In this document: one piece after another, positions 27,401-38,394 of the stretch
Position numbering within the stretch: position 1 is the first letter of the stretch
Layout of the letters: each line of letters opens with the position of its first letter
Assembly (NCBI RefSeq): GCF_964355755.1
Contig: NC_092674.1
Location: 29,636,001 to 29,700,000, forward strand
Direction: 5' to 3'
Source: Antedon mediterranea
Taxonomy: Eukaryota > Animalia > Echinodermata
Length of the DNA: 64,000 bases
The notes under the pieces: model-generated
The model's database searches: none
The model's input: the letters and a program-made list of their open reading frames with translations, nothing else
Told to the model about the DNA's origin: nothing
Translations under genes and position numbers: made by a program

Positions 27401-30396
27401 CATATCATCATTACTGATATCCATACTATCACATTCATCTTTCATATCATCATTACTGATATCCATACTATCACATTCATCTTTCATATCATCATTACTG
27501 ATATCCATACTATCATCATTACTGATATCCATACTATCACATTCATCTTTCATATCATCATTACTGATATCCATACTATCATCATTACTGATATCCATGA
27601 CATTTTTGTTTATTGTTATTTACTTTTCCTTTAGTTTGCTTTTCATCAACTTGCTCCACATTAGTTACATGCTTTTCTTTTTTATTCAATGGTTCATCTT
27701 CCTCTTCATCACATTTGTGAGTGACATGTCTGGTCACATTTGGTTTCCTAATAAGGAAATAGGATGAGTAACATATTTTAAGAAAAAAGACAATAAATCG
27801 TTTGATAACATTTCTAAATTAGCTCCAGGTCATATTGATATCTGGTGTTGACTCGGCACTTATGAGCATGCTCAGAAAGTTATGGGCTTAAGCAGAATGT
27901 ATGATTGCTTAGCTCTGTATAGTCTAGTCACTACTAATATAATATCTGTAGCAACTCCAGCAAGCTCAATATCCAAATTAGATTACTTTAAACCTCAGGT
28001 ACAGGCATGAAGTTTAAATATAATATTTGGTTAATTGTACATAAATTAAATATTTGTAACAGAAATCGAGACGAAAAAAAATGAATTTCCCTTAATATGG
28101 TCAAATACAAAATTTGGTAAAATTCTTCCATAAAAACCAGGAAGACTTTTTTCAGTAGTTAGGTAGTTATAGCTAGGTAGCTAATGTAATAACATGTCGG
28201 GTGACTCCCTAGACGGTGAAAAAAGAAAGGTGGATATACGGTGGATAATTTTTGCTATAGCATGAAAATAAAAATCTGAAGTTGAATAAAAATATCAGAA
28301 ATGTAATATTCAAGTTATATTACCTATATTTAGTCATCTGATAACATTTTTTACCACACCATTTATTTTTCATAGGTTTTTAAAATGCCTCGCTATTTAC
28401 AAAATTTGTGTACAAAAGAATAGAGATTTTACTGTGTAATTTGAACTATCCCCCCACTGATAAGAAAGTGCTTATTTCCAACAAGCTCGTGTAACACAAA
28501 TAAAATCCCAAAAATTATGAAACATAGGGGAAACTATAGATCGATAATTATTGGAATGTATGATCAATAGAAATTTTTTGCCCGCACCTGGACTTTAAGT
28601 CAATTATGGGGAAAATTTATGGAAAATCAAGTTAAGGAACTCAAAAAGAATGCATACCTTCTTGATCTTCTTCTACTTTGATTGCTTTCTTCCTAAAAAA
28701 AGAGGAGAATGAAAATTATTAAATTAGTTGAATCCGAATACAGTAATAGTTACAATAAAAATAATCAATGACATTTGTTGATAAATAATTAAACTTAAGA
28801 GACATTTATTGTCAAGACCAAGGTAGCATTATTTTCATAAAATAGATATTATATTACTATCAGCTATTCATCCACTATACTAATAAATAAATAATTAGTA
28901 CTTGGAAATGTACATCTTAATAATATTACGACACACAAACGTATTTATATTGTGATTGAATAAAAAGTCTGAAACTGAACAGAAAGACAATTATAGTATG
29001 TATATACTACAAATAATGAATACATTACTTTGCATAATAATTAATATGTACATATTTATTATTACTAAAGTGAAAAGATCCAATCCTTTGTTTACCTCTT
29101 TTTTCTCTTGTGGATCTTTATTATCCTCTTCTAGGCAATCTTCTTTTCCTTCAATGACTTCCATCATTTCATCCTTTGCCACTCCATTTTCTTTTATTTC
29201 ATCGTTTGATTTTTCTGTGACTTTATATTTTGTTTTTTTGCTTTTTAAAACATCCTACAATAGAAAAAATCAAACATTCAAATTCAATTCAAAATTTATA
29301 AAGCGTCTAATGTTGTGAAATCTTCAACTGTTGTGAAATCTCCAACGATGTACATACAAAAAAACAACCAAATATATATAACCGTTGCTAACCAACTCGG
29401 TCTAGATTTAACTCTGGTCTGCACCAATAGAGAGAAATGGCGAACCGACGTCTAAAATCTGAGTGGGTATAAAATCATAACAAACCGTTGAGGGCGACAC
29501 ATTTCTTATGTTTATACACGTGAATCATGGCGTCGTCTAACCAATGTTGTTGCTGTAACGCTCATAATTCTTATTGTATTTGTGTATTTACACAATAAAA
29601 CAATGAAATATGTATAAAAGTCATCCATCATTCACAATCATCATAATACTCCTAAAATATCTCATATCTGTAGGTCTACATTAGACTAGGCATAGTATTA
29701 TAGTAGAATGGTGTTATCAAGCATTCATTACTGCCACTGGCGGTAGCCCCCCCCCCCCCTCCCCTGCAGGAAGCATCACGACACTAGCCACATAACAAAA
29801 TGGCAGTTGTCCAGCTGAAACTAATGCTAGGCCTACATCTACTACTAGAGATGCTCTACATAGTCTTACTACCTAGCTAGGATAGGCCTAGCAGTACCCT
29901 AGCTAAAGTAGTAGTAGTAGTAGTAGTACAGTATGCAATAACCAATTTCCAATATTATTATTATTATAATAACCGATAATCCGTAGGCTCGAGGTACTAC
30001 AGCATACATACAGGCCAACTATCTAGGGCCTAGAGCTGGGTACAGTATATAACAAAACGCGTCTTAATTCAATCCAAATTAAAATAAAATATGTTAAGAT
30101 TTGCCCATATAACATTAAAATTGTTAAGGGTGTTGCAAAAAAAAAGATACTGCTATTATGTGTGTTTTAAACCTTCTTTTCTACCTTCCTTTTTAACTCA
30201 ACCCATCGGAATTTCCCATACAATAACATGTGGCGAAATGGTTTGTTTACAATCTATACCCACTCGGTGAAATTTGAGTGACGTCATCGCGGTTCGCCAT
30301 TTCTCTCTATTGTCTCTCAGCCATCCCAGACTTGGGGACTCCTACCCTAGTGTGAAGGAAAGTAGATTAGAAAAAAAGATTAATACTTACTTCCAT
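9462..30396 (-). CDS. ATRX: ATRX chromatin remodeler (ADD domain + SNF2 helicase), about 25 exons
   Basis: [16 protein letters not shown] exon (~22575-22656). ADD zinc fingers ([19 protein letters not shown]|[42 protein letters not shown]; 22225-22121 and 21767-21540). A 3.3-kb acidic/lysine-rich exon (21767-18491). SNF2 motifs [15 protein letters not shown] (17341-17593), CDEGH (15489-15628), [61 protein letters not shown] (11721-11899) and [17 protein letters not shown] (10691-10918). Stop at 9462. Proposed start ATG GAA|gtaagt at 30396-30391; the start and the choice of N-terminal exons are less certain. Confidence 0.93.
10460..10705. repeat. Degenerate ~70-bp tandem repeat (3-4 copies) that copies an ATRX exon end plus donor site
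   Basis: cctac(c)ccatattg.tgcat recurs at ~10537, ~10605 and ~10685. The last copy is the real exon/intron junction. Confidence 0.65.
11964..12103. mobile_element. MITE family A, full-length copy with TTA target-site duplication
   Basis: tta|agctctgtctacattatcaa...ttgacagtgtggacagagct|tta. Confidence 0.8.
12482..12624. mobile_element. MITE family A, full-length copy with TAA target-site duplication
   Basis: taa|agccctgtctacactatcaaa...tttgatagtgtagacagagct|taa. Confidence 0.8.
12915..13220. repeat. Polypurine (G/A-only) low-complexity tract, ~300 bp, in an ATRX intron
   Basis: Almost only G and A on the + strand. Confidence 0.9.
13610..13915 (-). mobile_element. 5S rRNA-derived SINE (SINE3-type): diverged 5S head 13915-13805, ~190-bp body, A-rich tail
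   Basis: Minus strand reads gtacggctttaccacgtttacacctgttctcgtcagatcactgaagtttagcaacgttgggcctggttaatgcttggatgggagaccatctgggaatatcgggtgctgta, which is clearly metazoan 5S rRNA with substitutions. It continues into an unrelated GC-richer body instead of a poly-T terminator. Confidence 0.8.
15933..16180. repeat. 20-bp AT-rich minisatellite (tagaatagtataataatata)n, ~12 copies
   Basis: Direct reading of the sequence. Confidence 0.92.
16648..16794. mobile_element. MITE family A, full-length copy (TAA TSD)
   Basis: taa|agctctgcctacactatc...gatagtgtagacaaagct|taa. Confidence 0.8.
17020..17105 (-). mobile_element. Degenerate tRNA-derived SINE head; similar heads at ~47805 (+), ~59640-59722 (-) and ~60497 (+)
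   Basis: ttgtagcttggtggtt...ggttaaaatcctg resembles A-box/B-box spacing. No intact cloverleaf is apparent. Confidence 0.4.
19540..20257 (-). repeat. In-frame ~360-bp (~120-aa) tandem duplication inside the large ATRX exon
   Basis: [92 protein letters not shown] occurs twice in the ORF. Confidence 0.9.
20258..20600 (-). repeat. In-frame ~78-bp (~26-aa) repeat x4-5 in the large ATRX exon ([24 protein letters not shown])
   Basis: Visible in the translated ORF and in the DNA (tcatcagaatctgaaga recurring). Confidence 0.88.
24275..27748 (-). pseudogene. Decayed duplicate exon C' of ATRX (frameshifted, truncated, repeat-expanded)
   Basis: Read in the exon-C frame it gives ..[15 protein letters not shown]-stop near 27585. 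A 1-nt deletion near 24287 relative to copy 1 also ends the repeat ORF (LIR*), and the exon's donor site is lost at the duplication junction. Confidence 0.65.
24305..27598. repeat. 3.3-kb minisatellite of a 42-bp unit with 24-bp variants (roughly 80 units), derived from ATRX exon C
   Basis: Unit cattactgatatccatactatcacattcatctttcatatc(a/t)t. A single ancestral copy lies at ~23198-23242 in intact exon C ([15 protein letters not shown]). Confidence 0.95.
27992..28594. mobile_element. ~600-bp non-autonomous DNA transposon with TTAA target-site duplication (Kolobok/piggyBac-type target)
   Basis: ttaa|acctcaggtacaggca ... tgcccgcacctggact|ttaa (imperfect TIRs). The paralogous intron at ~23620 lacks the insert and shows the empty site (cactttaggtcaattatg). 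Confidence 0.8.
29429..30308. mobile_element. ~880-bp TIR element (ISL2EU/Harbinger-like, possible AT TSD) in the first coding intron of ATRX
   Basis: Perfect inverted caatagagagaaatggcgaaccg at 29425-29447 and 30290-30312. Further imperfect pairing (acgtc, gagtgggtata, aacaaacc) extends over ~70 bp. Confidence 0.7.
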
Positions 30397-31764
30397 AGTT
30401 AGGACAACAGCAATACTACAGTAGTAGTGAGGTGTTTTAAGTTTCAGAATTCATAACTTGGTATCTAAATGATAGAAAAAGATAGCATCAGTCAATAATT
30501 CTCAGAGAGTATGGTTTTGTAGAGTTTGTGACATTCAGCAAGTGTTGGGAGATTCAGCGAGTATATTCAAGCCATGTATGTACGGTACAGCTCCCATTTT
30601 TAACTTGTCATCTGATAAGACTTGTTCCACCACCAGAACTATTAGCGGTAATCATCAAACCTGCACAGATTTTAAGGCCTAGGTTACTGTGCCTCTGTAA
30701 CCATCCCTTAATGCATCAACCTTGATCACCTATATTAGCAGAAATTATCTTATCTGGTTTTCTTCTTCCCATTTTCTCAACTTCTCACACGAAATGTGAC
30801 ATTAAATCCCGCATTAAATATGCTGTAGTTGACCGTGTGCCAGTGGTTTGTACTGTGAGTTTGTGGCTTAATACTTAATATTGGAAGCACTACAGAAAAC
30901 CTTATCTGTTGTACATGTTGATATGTTGTACATGTTGATGTTCAACATGAATATTCATCACATTGAATAAATTATGCAAATGAGAATGTAAAATTTGACA
31001 AATGCTATCTTATTCTTAAAACAATATTTCGATGTAAACAGATTAATTATTATAGAAGAGGTTAGCATACAGTAAATAATATTTATTACAATTGATGTTT
31101 TATAAATAATTATTTTAAAAATTAAAACTTTTTCAATCAATAATGAGGTCATCTTTACTGATTGATGTTTTGAACTTACTCCCTCTGCTGTGAGAATTAA
31201 ACTTTTTTTAAAGAAATTTCTTTTGAGAAAATTAAAACCATACACTGATTATTATCAACAAAAACAAATGAGATATATATATTTAAGTATAGTAGTATGT
31301 GATTGTGTTAGTTTAAATTAAATAATACATCAATCCTACTCTACAAGTAGGGGGTGAGTACAATAAAGGCAAAAGCGAGACACACAATAGCATAGCGGAC
31401 TATTCTATGATGATGCATGTGAAATGTTGACATTTTCTTATTTCAGTTTCCGACTAGAAAGAACTAGGCCATTATTAGACCTGGGCTAGTAGCATAGGTT
31501 TTAACAACAGAAGAAAACATTAGAAGATTAAATTCTCTTTCCGAAGTTGTATCGATTAATCAAAACATTAGCCTACCCCACTAACTACACACATCATGAA
31601 TGAATGACCCTCTGAACGTAAAATTCACCGGCAGTAAATGCAGTGAGTGTCCACTGTGCATGCTGCGTCGAGCACCCGTCTTCTCTATCTAAATTGGACG
31701 CCTTTTACGTTAGTTTTAGGGCAATACTAATCTAATGTATTCAAAAGAATGTCGACTAACTTAC

Positions 31765-31930
31765 TTAGTAGTACCCTTGTAAACAGGAATTCAATCTTAC
31801 TATAATAAAGTCTAGAATTTGATTAAGATTCGATGAGGCTGACAAAGTAGTCGCGAGAAAAGGTACAAAAGCACTGCGGATGAAAGACAGACAGCGCCCC
31901 CAATAATTGCTTGTTTTTCGCGCGTGATTT
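31765..31930 (-). promoter_or_regulatory. Probable ATRX 5'-UTR first exon and promoter
   Basis: Strong minus-strand donor (gtaagttag) at 31764-31756, a local CpG cluster (tcgcga, tcgcgcg) and taggccta repeats nearby. A further exon at ~30464-30391 carries the ATG. Confidence 0.45.
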
Positions 31931-32591
31931 TAATAGTTCTCAGCTAGCTCTCTCTCCCCTCCCTAGAATCTAGATGGATGATGACATAGGCCTAGGCCTA
32001 GGCCTATAGTTAGTTCGAAGGTCCCTCTCTTTTTTCACCCTGAGCCATTTATTTATTTAAAAAAAAACATTTATTAAAACACAAATGAATTGCAATCAAT
32101 TCAACAACTGTTTAAAAAAAAATTTATTTAAACAATTTGATTATTTACAAAGGTGGTCCATAGGCCATCGGGTGAAAATCCTATCGTTCAATCCCGTTCC
32201 AGTCTCATTAGCCTAAAAAAACTCTACATGATAATTATGTTAATAATATTTTAAAAGTAATAACACAAAGTTTCACCTAAAAAACGTATCATATAACAAG
32301 GAAATCACATTTCAACGTCAGTATTTGAAAATTTTTTTACATTGTGTTGACCCATGACCTTTTCCACACGAAACTCTTTTAGCCAAAAAATGTTTTTTTT
32401 TCATTGAGGTTTTATTCATTAAATAAAATATTTATTCACAAAAACTACATTGAAGAAGCTCAGTGATATTTAGTATATTAATTATAACAGAAAACTTGAT
32501 AATAAAACAGTATTATCGTAATTTTAGTACAACAATTGTTAACGATTTGGTGAATATGGACGCGTGACATGAACTGTGCACAAACAACAGC

Positions 32592-35500
32592 ATGGCTTCG
32601 ATTGATGAAAGCCACGTTTGTGATCTTCAAATAAAATGTTGTTTTCACCATGAAAACATTACTGATAAAACGGCATTTCCAATTACGGAAGTTCGATTTT
32701 ATAAGGTTGTTGCTTGTACCAAGTTATGGGTAAACTTAGATGGTACCTGTAAAGATATTGCTAATAAACTAGTATCCGAGCTAGATATTCTTAATGCGTC
32801 ATATGAAGACATAATAACAAAGCATCCATATTTTGGATTTCATCACCATTGTTATCGTAAATACATCAACACAAGAACGATAGAATTGGTAAGTTTAACA
32901 CATTCACTAGCCTAGGTTTATTTCCTTTAGTGCAAACGATTCAAACCAAAATATATAAAATTAGGCCAACAGAAGAGTACCCTCCTCCTACCTTTCCTCC
33001 AAAATAAGGTCCTTATCTAGTCCTAGCTAGGGCCTGGCCCTAGCCTAGGCTATAATGTATACGCCCTGACAGTGACTCGAACAATGAAAGTAACTAGACT
33101 AAAAATTAGAAGTAGGCCAACAAATAGATATAATATACAACTGTGCAGTGGTAGTAAACTGAGAAACTCTACATTGCCAGTTAACAAAATTATTCTTAAT
33201 TTTTCATTCAGGCTGAAAATCGTGTGTCGAAAAAACGAAAAATGGAAAGTTCCCAGCCAACTGACCTTGCTAGTACTAGTAGTACTGCTAGTGATCCTCC
33301 ACCTACTAAGAAGACAAAACATTTGTTACGGAGCAAGACCCGTATCAGTCAATCAGGGACTATTTTACCTAAAGTATGTATCATTTGTAAAAAGGCACAG
33401 AAGCAGATTAGAAAAAATTACAAAACCTGCAACCAGAAATTGAGAAAGGCTCTCACAGATGATGCAGGTAAGAGCCTTTTAAAACAATTAATACAATTTT
33501 TTGTACGTGGTATAGATTATGTACATATATAACTTATTAACCATTTTTTTATGCTGTATATTTAAAGGATTCCTAAGAGCAGCTGCTGAAATGAAAAATG
33601 ACCAAGAAATGTTGAAGGACATACACGGAAAGAGCTGTGCTTGCATTGAAGTGAGGTACCATGACTCATGCTACAGGGAATATATAAAAATTGTGCACCG
33701 AAAGAAACATATTCATGCAAAGTATGTTTAATTTTATTTATGTTAAGTTATTGTATGTAAGCCTTATTATTATACATATTATTATTACTGTATATATTAA
33801 TTTGATATATATCATATACCAACCAAGAGATTTGTCATTATTTGTTCAGGTCTTCAACAAAGTCATTTTTTGATGAACATAAAAAAGGCTACAATGTGTT
33901 TTGTGAAACAATTATTAAAGGAAGAATGAAAACCGGTCAAGAAATCATCAGATTAAGTAAACTTCAGAAGTACCTTGACAAGTATATTCAAGAAGAGGAA
34001 CATATTAATTTGGGATATGTAAGGTACTGTATGCAGTTTGATTAATTTTCTTACCTTACAATGGAACATATGCGTAATAATGATATTGTTAATTTAATTT
34101 ACCTTCACAATAAGTTATAGCTTCTAATGCAATATTTTGTTTTATAACAGGTCAGATTTACTAAAAGCAAAACTCGAAAAAGATTTTCCAGAGCTTGTAT
34201 TCCATTTACCAAGTAAAAGGTTAGTAATTACAAATTGTAGATATATAGATGGTAACCCATAACAAATTGGAATGCTTTTTTTTTTAACAATTTGAATGTA
34301 TGTATACTATATTATAATAAAGTAATTATACTTTTTTTGGCATTTTTTAGGAATGAGGCAACCATGGTTTATTTTGCTGACATATCCACAGGCTCTTTTG
34401 CTGAGCAATTTTTGGAATCAGAAGAGAGTACTGACCTGTCATCAGATGCATCTGTTAATCCTGATATATCTACCACTACAAATAAAGAGGAAAGATATCA
34501 TTTGCAAGATGAATCACGAACAATTCACTTAGCAGGTAAACCATATTGTATAATTGTTTTAGACAACATATGAATTCATTAAAATAATAGCCTATTTAAT
34601 GGTAACTTTATTTGTCTTTACAGGCCTGATTTTAAAGAATGCAATCAAGACATCAGAGTCAATGGACTATAAGTGGCCTCCACGAGCAAGTGATATTAAC
34701 AATGTAGTTATGAGTGACATCATTCCATTCCACCTTTTTAATATCTTGGCAATATGTACCAACACAGTACAGGAACACATTGATCCATCGATGGCAAGTG
34801 TTCCAGAAGAAATCCGAAATAAACTTGAGGCAATCTGTCAAGACATTGTGTACTTAGCTTCAAGAGGCAGGCGACAAACACCAAAATCCTTAGCACTTGG
34901 TCTTACTGTTAGGCATATGACTGGTTCCACGCACCTCTTAGATATATTAAGTAAATTTGGACATTGTAGCTCTCCAGACACTATTGTTTCATACGAAACA
35001 AGTCTTGCGATGTTTCGATTGTCCACTGCTAATGCTGTTCCGGATGGTTTCAGGCGTGGGGAACTTGTTACTATGGTTTGGGACAACATTGATTTTAATG
35101 AAGAAACCACAAGTGGCCAAGGCACAACACACCACACCAATGGCATTATGCTTCAAGTGCAAAAAGATGATCCATTGCCAACTTCAGAAGAACGTCCAGT
35201 CATTAAAAAAGGTATCCGTAAATTTAAACATGTGGAAGTTGAGCTGAATGAATACAATCGTGTAAAGCGTGTTGGTCCATCATGCAATGTTCACGATCCA
35301 GAAAGCTTGTCTGTTGATAACTGGAAATCACTTCTCACTCCTTCCCAAGAAGCAGATTTCAGATTTTTGATGGCAAGGCTATATGGCGGTGCGTCCATAC
35401 CTGGATGGACAGGCTACAACATCACTACCCACAACTACAGTATCCAAAAAACTGCAATTCACTACTTACCTGTGATAGAAGCCTCTGCTACAGAATTGAC

Positions 35501-38306
35501 AACTATTAATACTGTGATATACAAAAGTATTGATATGGCAAATAGGTTCATGTTACCGCATATAGTCTGTGTCTTTGACCAGGCTATTTATGCAAAAGTA
35601 CAAGAAATTCGATGGGCTGATGACAATTTGAAGAGTAGACTCGTTGTTCGCCTAGGTGAATTTCACACCTGCATGTCCTTTATGTCCATTATTGGAAAGA
35701 GATTTAGCGATACCGGTTTTCAAGATATTCTTGTTGAGGCAGGTGTTGTTGCTGGTGGATCGATAAAAGGAGTTCTTTCAGGTCATCACTACAATCGAGC
35801 CATACATACTCATAAAATTATATTTGAGACATTTGAACAACTGAGATTCCATGCCTATCTTGATTCACTTGAAGAAGGTCAATATGACACTACCATTTCC
35901 CAATTGGAAGGAATTGATTGGAAAGATGTTCAAAGTCATAGAGATGATATTCAAGACATTTACGGCATGTATGAATGTTACATAACGATGAAGAGGAAAG
36001 ATGATCCAACTTTTGACTTTTGGAGCTCTTACCTTGATATGGTTTCGTTGCTGTTATCGTTCATACGAGCAACTAGAACGTCTGATTGGCAACTTCATCT
36101 AGCCACAATCAGGATGATGCTACCATGGTTTTATTCATATGACCGAACCAACTATGCCAGGTACCTGCCAGCCTACTGGGTAGAGATGCTAGAATTAGAG
36201 AGGACCCACCCGAAAGTCTACAAAGACATATGTCAGCAGGGAACATGGACTGTTCAACGACAAGACAGATATCCATTTGCATCTATAGCATGTGACCAGA
36301 CTATAGAAGAAACCTTAAACCGAGATTGCAAAATACAAGGAGGTATCAAAAGGTTCACATTGAACAGATCTGCAGTTCAACGTTGGTTGCTAGCCCAACC
36401 TGAACGTGCGGAGATTGCCAGATCCTGTGAGAGGATGTGCGGATTTGAAACTGAATTTCGTAATTCAAAAGAACTTGATGGCACACGAATCAAAATGATC
36501 AGGGACTTAGTGGAATCTGTCAAGTCTACAACCTGTAGCATGGTCAACCCGTTTACATGTTCCAGTGAAGAATTGTTAAACATAAGTTCAGGTGCAGTGG
36601 CTATTGAAAAAGTCCGTTCAGATCTTCTGACAGCGTATGATGTTGGGGAGAAAGAAGCAGATGAATTCTTAAAAAGCAGGATCTGCAGTACTGGAACGAC
36701 CTCATTGTTTGCAACAGTTAAGCAAAAGAAATTGAAAACCTTTCAAGACAACTACAAGCAAACAAAAATAAGTTCTACAACTATAGTGAAAGGGAATAAA
36801 GAGCTGTACTCCCGACTGCTTGTTGTTGGGCAAACTCGTGGCATTAACATGAAGGAGGTTATGTCATTCTGTCTGGGTGATATTCCCTTTCCATTGGCCA
36901 ACGGTCCGAAATCCTTGGTAAAGACAGACAAAAGTTCACTGCTAAAGATTTTGGAAGGCAAAGGTGACAACTCAATTTACACATCAAAACCTGATCCAAA
37001 TAGTGCACTCATGATTGATGCAATGGCACTACTTCAAGCTATTAGTAAACGCAACATACCAAATACACTTGAAGAATTAGCTATGAACATTTTGAAGCAA
37101 CTACAGTTTATTGCCTCATCATACAAATGTTCGCGGGTGGATTTTGTTTGTGACAAATATCCAATTGTCAGCATTAAAAATCTTGAACGTGAAAAACGAG
37201 CTGGAAAGGGATCAGAGGTCATCAAAATCTATGGACAAGAACAGAAAACCCCAAAGCAATACAAGAAATTCTTGTCAAATGGACAAAACAAAGAGGCTCT
37301 TATAGAATTTATTTTTGAAACTTGGTCAAAATCAACAGGTATCACAATATCATTTCCAGTCTATGTTACTCATGGAAGTCATTGCCATAAATTGACTTGG
37401 ACAGATGGTGTTTGCAATGCTGTTAATGTGCCGGAATTGTTTTGTGACCATGAGGAAGCGGATACTAGATTAATTCTACATGCTGAGCATGCCAGTTATT
37501 CACACTCAAGTATAATTATCAAAAGTCCTGACACAGATGTGGCCATTCTTGCTTTAAGTCATGCCGAAACAATTCAGTCGCAGGTATTTTTTATGACGGG
37601 ACACAACAACACAAAACGGATTATCAAGATCAACAAGCTAGCTGACATCCTAGGATTGCGCTTGTGCAGAGCTCTTATTGGGCTACACGTGTTCACGGGT
37701 TGTGATTCCACAAGTGCTTTTTATGGAAAAGGCAAGAAAAAAGCAATGGAGGTGATGTCTAATGCTGATGAGTACCTTGATGTTTTTCAAGAATTAGGGT
37801 CTTCATTTTCTATGTCTGACCAGCTGTTAATTTCACTAGAACGATTTGTTTGTTTGCTTTATGGTCATAAAAATGTAAGTCTTATCAATGAAGCAAGGTA
37901 TTTGTCATTCTGCAAAACAGCATCTGAGAAATGTTTGCCACCATGTCAGGATGCACTTCTACAGCACATAAAACGGTGCAATTATCAATCTACAATTTGT
38001 CGTATGGCAACAACTCCTGTAGTCAACGCACCATCACCAAATGAACATGGATGGACAGTGGATGATTCAAAAATTAGTGTAAAATGGATGACTCAGGACC
38101 CAGCACCGCAGACATTATTAGAAATAATAAAATGTGGTTGTAAGTCTGGATGCAACCAAGGAAGGTGTCAATGCAAAAAATCAAGTATGAAATGCTCTGA
38201 TCTCTGCCGCTGCACCAACTGCGAGAATAGACTGGAAAACAAAGCTGATGATGAATCAGAAGATGAAGAGCTTGATGATATCTGTTTGGATGACCTCTTT
38301 GCATAG
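32592..38306 (+). CDS. Academ transposase with XPG/PIN-like nuclease and C-terminal Cys-rich (CXC) domain, ~1605 aa; exons 32592-32888, 33212-33467, 33568-33721, 33850-34023, 34151-34219, 34351-34535, 34624-38306
   Basis: All six introns are GT-AG and phase-compatible (4818 nt in total). Motifs: N-terminal HxxCYRKY, CIIC and YHDSCYREY; WDNIDF..GTTH; VFDQAIY; RLGEFH; DQTIEETLNRD; IDAMA; HEEADTR; DTDV; HVFTGCDSTSAFYGKGK (H3TH-like); CGCKSGCNQGRCQCKKSSMKCSDLCRCTNCEN. Confidence 0.88.
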
Positions 38307-38394
38307 GCTTTTTAATACCTTTTACTTACTGTATTTTACTTGTGACTTGTTTAATGCACTGTATTATTTTGCCTAACAATAATCATTGTTTATA

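Larger units (their letters stand above)
23161..29287 (-). repeat. Intragenic tandem duplication of the ATRX N-terminal exon block: copy 1 = 23161-24267, copy 2 = 24268-29287
   Basis: Exon A 24236-24074 matches A' 29255-29095; exon B 23720-23686 matches B' 28692-28658; the start of exon C (23385) matches C' (~27748); introns also align. Junction at ~24267 (aaattcaa|tcctcttttatc). Confidence 0.9.

Noticed and set aside
24275-27598. 1107-aa ORF as a stand-alone novel repeat-protein gene
   Set aside because: It is an expanded piece of a duplicated ATRX exon, frameshifted at both ends and with no promoter evidence. A stop-free 42-bp unit gives a long ORF automatically. Kept only as a finding to test.
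24305-27598. CRISPR-like array
   Set aside because: Units are contiguous with no unique spacers, there are no cas genes, and the context is a eukaryotic intron.
26268-27767. 499-aa + strand ORF (ISILSHSSF repeats)
   Set aside because: Antisense shadow of the minisatellite.
34599-38306. Host XPG/FEN1 repair gene or tesmin/LIN54 orthologue
   Set aside because: The nuclease and CXC motifs are fused to a transposase-like core and enclosed by TIRs with a TSD, which matches Academ transposons.
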